This document shows positions 60,202 to 64,000 of a DNA stretch of 64,000 nt, one piece after another; position 1 is the first letter of the stretch; each line of letters opens with the position of its first letter. Location of the stretch: positions 584,597 to 648,596 of the forward strand of contig NMRA01000094.1 in the NCBI GenBank assembly GCA_002633005.1, in the 5' to 3' direction. This DNA is from Phoronis australis. Its lineage: Eukaryota; Animalia; Phoronida. A program made the position numbers and the translations under genes. Under the pieces are notes generated by a model. It ran no database searches. It was not told the DNA's origin and saw only the letters and a program-made list of their open reading frames with translations.

Positions 60202-63177
60202 ACGAATTTAAAATGAAAACACTGCGATGCACTTCTCATACTAAAAGAATGTGTACACACTGCACTGAGTAGGAAAGAGGGCAAAATGGTCAACCAGGTG
60301 ATTGGAACACTTGCAGCATGATGACCTGCGAGACCGGTTGCAAAAATTTTGTTGTATTTTTACATGTTAATGCCAGTTAATTTCTTGGATGAATAATGGC
60401 ACTTTTGTCACAGCTTGGACACACCAAACAGGTGAGAACATCTCGGGCCTTAAGTGACATATGTGTTTAGTATTAAAGTAGTGTCTTTGTTCAATATTCT
60501 ACGTCATTTAATGTTTTAAAATCTTATTCAAAGACTTACCGTTTCTATAGTACCTTCTGTGCTTCATCATTCTTTTGCAGAACTCATCTGTAGTCTTTGG
60601 CCAATTATGCCATTGATAATTAATGATACCCTACCTTCTAAGTGAACCTCTGTGCTATGAAGTCAATATCCACATGCCCAGAGGTACTTCCATAAGTGAC
60701 TATATGGTTCACTTGATGTGTTAGGAACTCTATCAAGGGTCCCATTTTGACAACAGAATTCTACATGAGAGTTATGTTATCATGATTTACGTTGTTTTGT
60801 TGATGACTACAGTTGTAGTGATTGTTAAAAAACAAAAGCGGGGATGTAAAATGGATTTAATAACTGCAATATTCTCTTGGACTGGGGGTGAATTTCATTT
60901 AGACCTCGCATTAATCAGGCTTAACCCTTACCCCACACATTTTTGGTGTCTGAAAACTAACGATTTGACTTCAGTGGAAGTCAGTAATTGTAGAATATCC
61001 CATGCAGTTATTCCTCTGGATGGTGAAACAATTTGGAAAGAAAACATCCAGAGCAATTGTAGCATTGTTGTGATGTTCTGTATAAGATGCTTATATGCAC
61101 CAGGTTTGATCTGCACTGCAAACAGATGATTGACTTCAAGCACAACAAAAGTTGAATATTTTTTGTTTTGTGAGTTTTGTATAGTTTAATGCTCCCAATG
61201 AGGAAAAAAATGGATTGTATCGTAGGCCGTCATAAGCTATTTCATGTATACAGACTCCTTTTTCATGGGGCTGCAGGAATTATCAGTACATCCCCCGTAG
61301 TTCCTCCAAATCTTACTTAAGATATCTAGGTATGGAACATGATAGCCTCAACATGGATACTAATTTGTAGGTAACTAATTATTTTATATATCATAAATAT
61401 GCATCAATTTATAGATATTGATATAGATATATAGATATAATTCCCTTTGCCGTGATACAAGTCAATCACTTTGTTTCCATGGCAACATAGGTAAGATGCC
61501 AAGTTTGATTTTTATCTAGCGGCTTGGTTTCCCATCGCATTACTTGGTCTGATCATCTGCGCATTACTTGGTCTGATCATCTGCGAGTGCTTCATATCTT
61601 TTTACTGCTGAAGGCCAACAAATTTGGTAAGCATAAATAAATGACAGCTTAATACCTATCACAAGGTATTACATTTCTTGGACAACAACACTGGGTCTCC
61701 TACAGTTGTAGGCCATTGTGGAAGTCAGGTCTGTGATTTGTGCTGCAAAGATGCCCCTGTGTAAAGCTTTGCTAATTGCTGGGTATTCTGGAATGTAATC
61801 ACTTGTTTATCAATGGATGTCTTGTCATGGATTGTGATGTGTTCTTGTGGCTGCCTTTAGCATCCCTAATCTGATTAGACTTGTTGCCTGGTTGAGATTT
61901 GCTAACCTGTGTGTAAGCATAAATGTTTAATTAAACCACTTAAGGGAATTAAAAACAATTTAGAGCACAAATTGATTGTGTTGTTGCAAGGATTAGGTCC
62001 ATGTTTATTGATCCTGTTGTAGTGAGGTGAGGAGGCCAAAAGTAACTACCCTACTTTGGCCAGCCACAGCTGAGGAGGCCATCGGTGGATGAGAAAAGGC
62101 TGACAGTGGACGATTGCGGGTTTAGTTCCACCTTAGGAAGTCACTAGAGCATGCGGTCTGTCCTCCTGTGGAGAGCTGAGTTGGGTGATGATGACAAAGG
62201 ACAAGATGAGTGTGTTATGCACAGCAATTTGGTCACAGTGCTCAAATGAAACTGGAGTCTAGTGTGCATTCTTTGTAAGTGAACAGTAAATCACTTTATA
62301 GCAGTAACCCTTCTAGCGGGCTTAAAACTTGTTACTGAAAATATTGTTTGGGTCGTTTCAGTATTATGCATCCTTGTGAAAATATTTTCATTATTTTAAT
62401 CACGCTTGGTAAACATTTCTTAAATCATAAATTATTGGAATTATTTATAATTTAAATATAGTTTGCGGTAATCTATGTAACCATTTATTGCCAAAACACA
62501 ACTTAATTTTGCTGATCTATTTTACTGTAAAAGTTTTTGTAATCTAATTCACATGCTATTAATGGAGGAATCTTAAACTCATTTCATCTATTTAATGCTG
62601 TAGTTCACTATTTAATGCTGTAGTTCACTATTTGATCATGTTCTTAGTCAACAACGAGTTGCAAAGGAATGAATGAAGTAAAGATGCAATTTCAAGATGG
62701 GTTTCAATGGTATGAAATTTCCCAGGCCCGTTTTGTTCCCTTATTATGGAAGGTTTACCAGGTAGACAGTCATTCCTCAGACAACATTAGCCTTTTAGGC
62801 CATGTAATTGGATGAAAATTGCATAAGTGCTCTTTAGGAGTAGTAGTTCAGTCAGATGGAATTAGCTTGAACTAGTGTGTTGAGTTCACAAATTTTACTG
62901 TCTGTAAGGTTGAGGCTTTAAAATGTTGCGTGCAAACAGTGTAAGAAGTTAAATCCTTGGTCAGCTGTTGGTAAAGACTATAACATAAAAATACTTTTAC
63001 CTTCCAGACAATACACCTGGTACTGCTCTGTTCTGTGGTTTCCAGCCCAAGCCATCAAACCACTCCTACTACTGATCACTGTCACACAACTGACTTGTTT
63101 GCTGGCAGACTGGCAATGACTAGACCTGGTCAGAGTTTCAACTGTTTTTAAGGAATACTTCAACACATTACTTCAAG

Positions 63178-63301
63178 ATGGATCGAAGAAGATCACGCCG
63201 ACTTTCAATCCCAGACCTGGTGGTTTCATACTTCCAGAAGAAAGGCTCACGTCGCAACTCTGTGGCTATTACACCGGAAAGTATTGAAGAATTTCAGCAA
63301 G
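63178..63301 (+). CDS. Putative first coding exon of an unidentified gene, 3'-partial
   Basis: caagATGG start; MDRRRSRRLSIPDLVVSYFQKKGSRRNSVAITPESIEEFQQ, followed by strong phase-1 donor AAG|gtaagc; non-repetitive context. Confidence 0.5.
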
Positions 63302-64000
63302 GTAAGCTCATAACACCAAGGTGTTTCCGGCTTACAGAATGAAGGATATCAGAGCTACAATATTTGACCTGTTGCCAGTTCTGGGCTCAGGTTATAATAT
63401 TAAATATTGCCCCATGATAGTATTGATTAGTTGTATAGTCCTTAACTCACACAAGATCTCAGCATGCTCCAGGATCAGATAACAGTCTCCTTTCTTGCTT
63501 CCTACTGGTAGGGTTTTCAGATAGCCATTGTAGGCCCTGTCTGTGGCTACAGACAGTTTTCCTTTGTGGGGGTCAGCCAGACTTTAACTAAGATCACTAC
63601 TATGAACAGTGACACAACAGGAATATGACTGCTAACAACTAAAAATAATTAGCAGTATTAAAAATAATTTATTGTATTGTAAAGTGACATAATTATGGTA
63701 AAGATAATTAATAGTATCATAAAGTGATATATGGCAACATGTCGTCACCTAGTTAGGACACAATATGGCAAACCAGAGGAATTTTATTTTTACATTTATG
63801 AATGAAAGATAAGTAACAGCAAATTGATGATTTATAATTTTTATGTCCTAGGTCCATATTGTTGTCATCTAATGCTGTATCTCTGAAACCTTTGAATAGG
63901 TGTTTTGAAAACATGTTTCCATCATAGATGAGAAGCCATGTGCAATATTTCAGATGGGTACAACTTGCACTAGGCTCCACAGTGACAAATTTTTAAAGAG

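Noticed and set aside
60414-60431. Possible 18-nt micro-exon (cag|CTTGGACACACCAAACAG|gtgaga)
   Set aside because: Splice-like signals alone are too common to support it without transcripts.
62068-62100. CTGAGGA-ggccatcggtggat-GAGAAA, resembling a hammerhead
   Set aside because: Stem II and the GAAA register are poor, and there is no NUH or stem I.

Overview
Repeat-rich animal (probably marine invertebrate) genomic DNA with two assembly gaps (455-795, 53072-53275). The only well-supported host gene is a + strand SLC7/CAT-family cationic amino acid transporter. Six GT-AG exons (7403-7522, 17392-17587, 18107-18221, 23818-23955, 26274-26547, 27009-28090) splice in frame into about 640 codons, and the first exon was not found in the window. 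A probable first coding exon of a second gene lies at 63178-63301. The rest is mostly transposons: RTE-type LINE and Penelope-like fragments (the latter with degenerate hammerhead ribozyme cores), Kolobok-, Harbinger-, pogo- and hAT-like MITEs (several with 5-bp TSDs), many minisatellites, and several non-autonomous Helentron-type (HINE/DINE-1-like) elements. The most striking pattern is that the main Helentron-type family carries co-oriented CTCF-like motifs (GCGCCACCTAGTGGC) about every 150 bp, while two other repeat families carry RFX-like and YY1-like motifs. All family assignments are by eye; no database search was possible.
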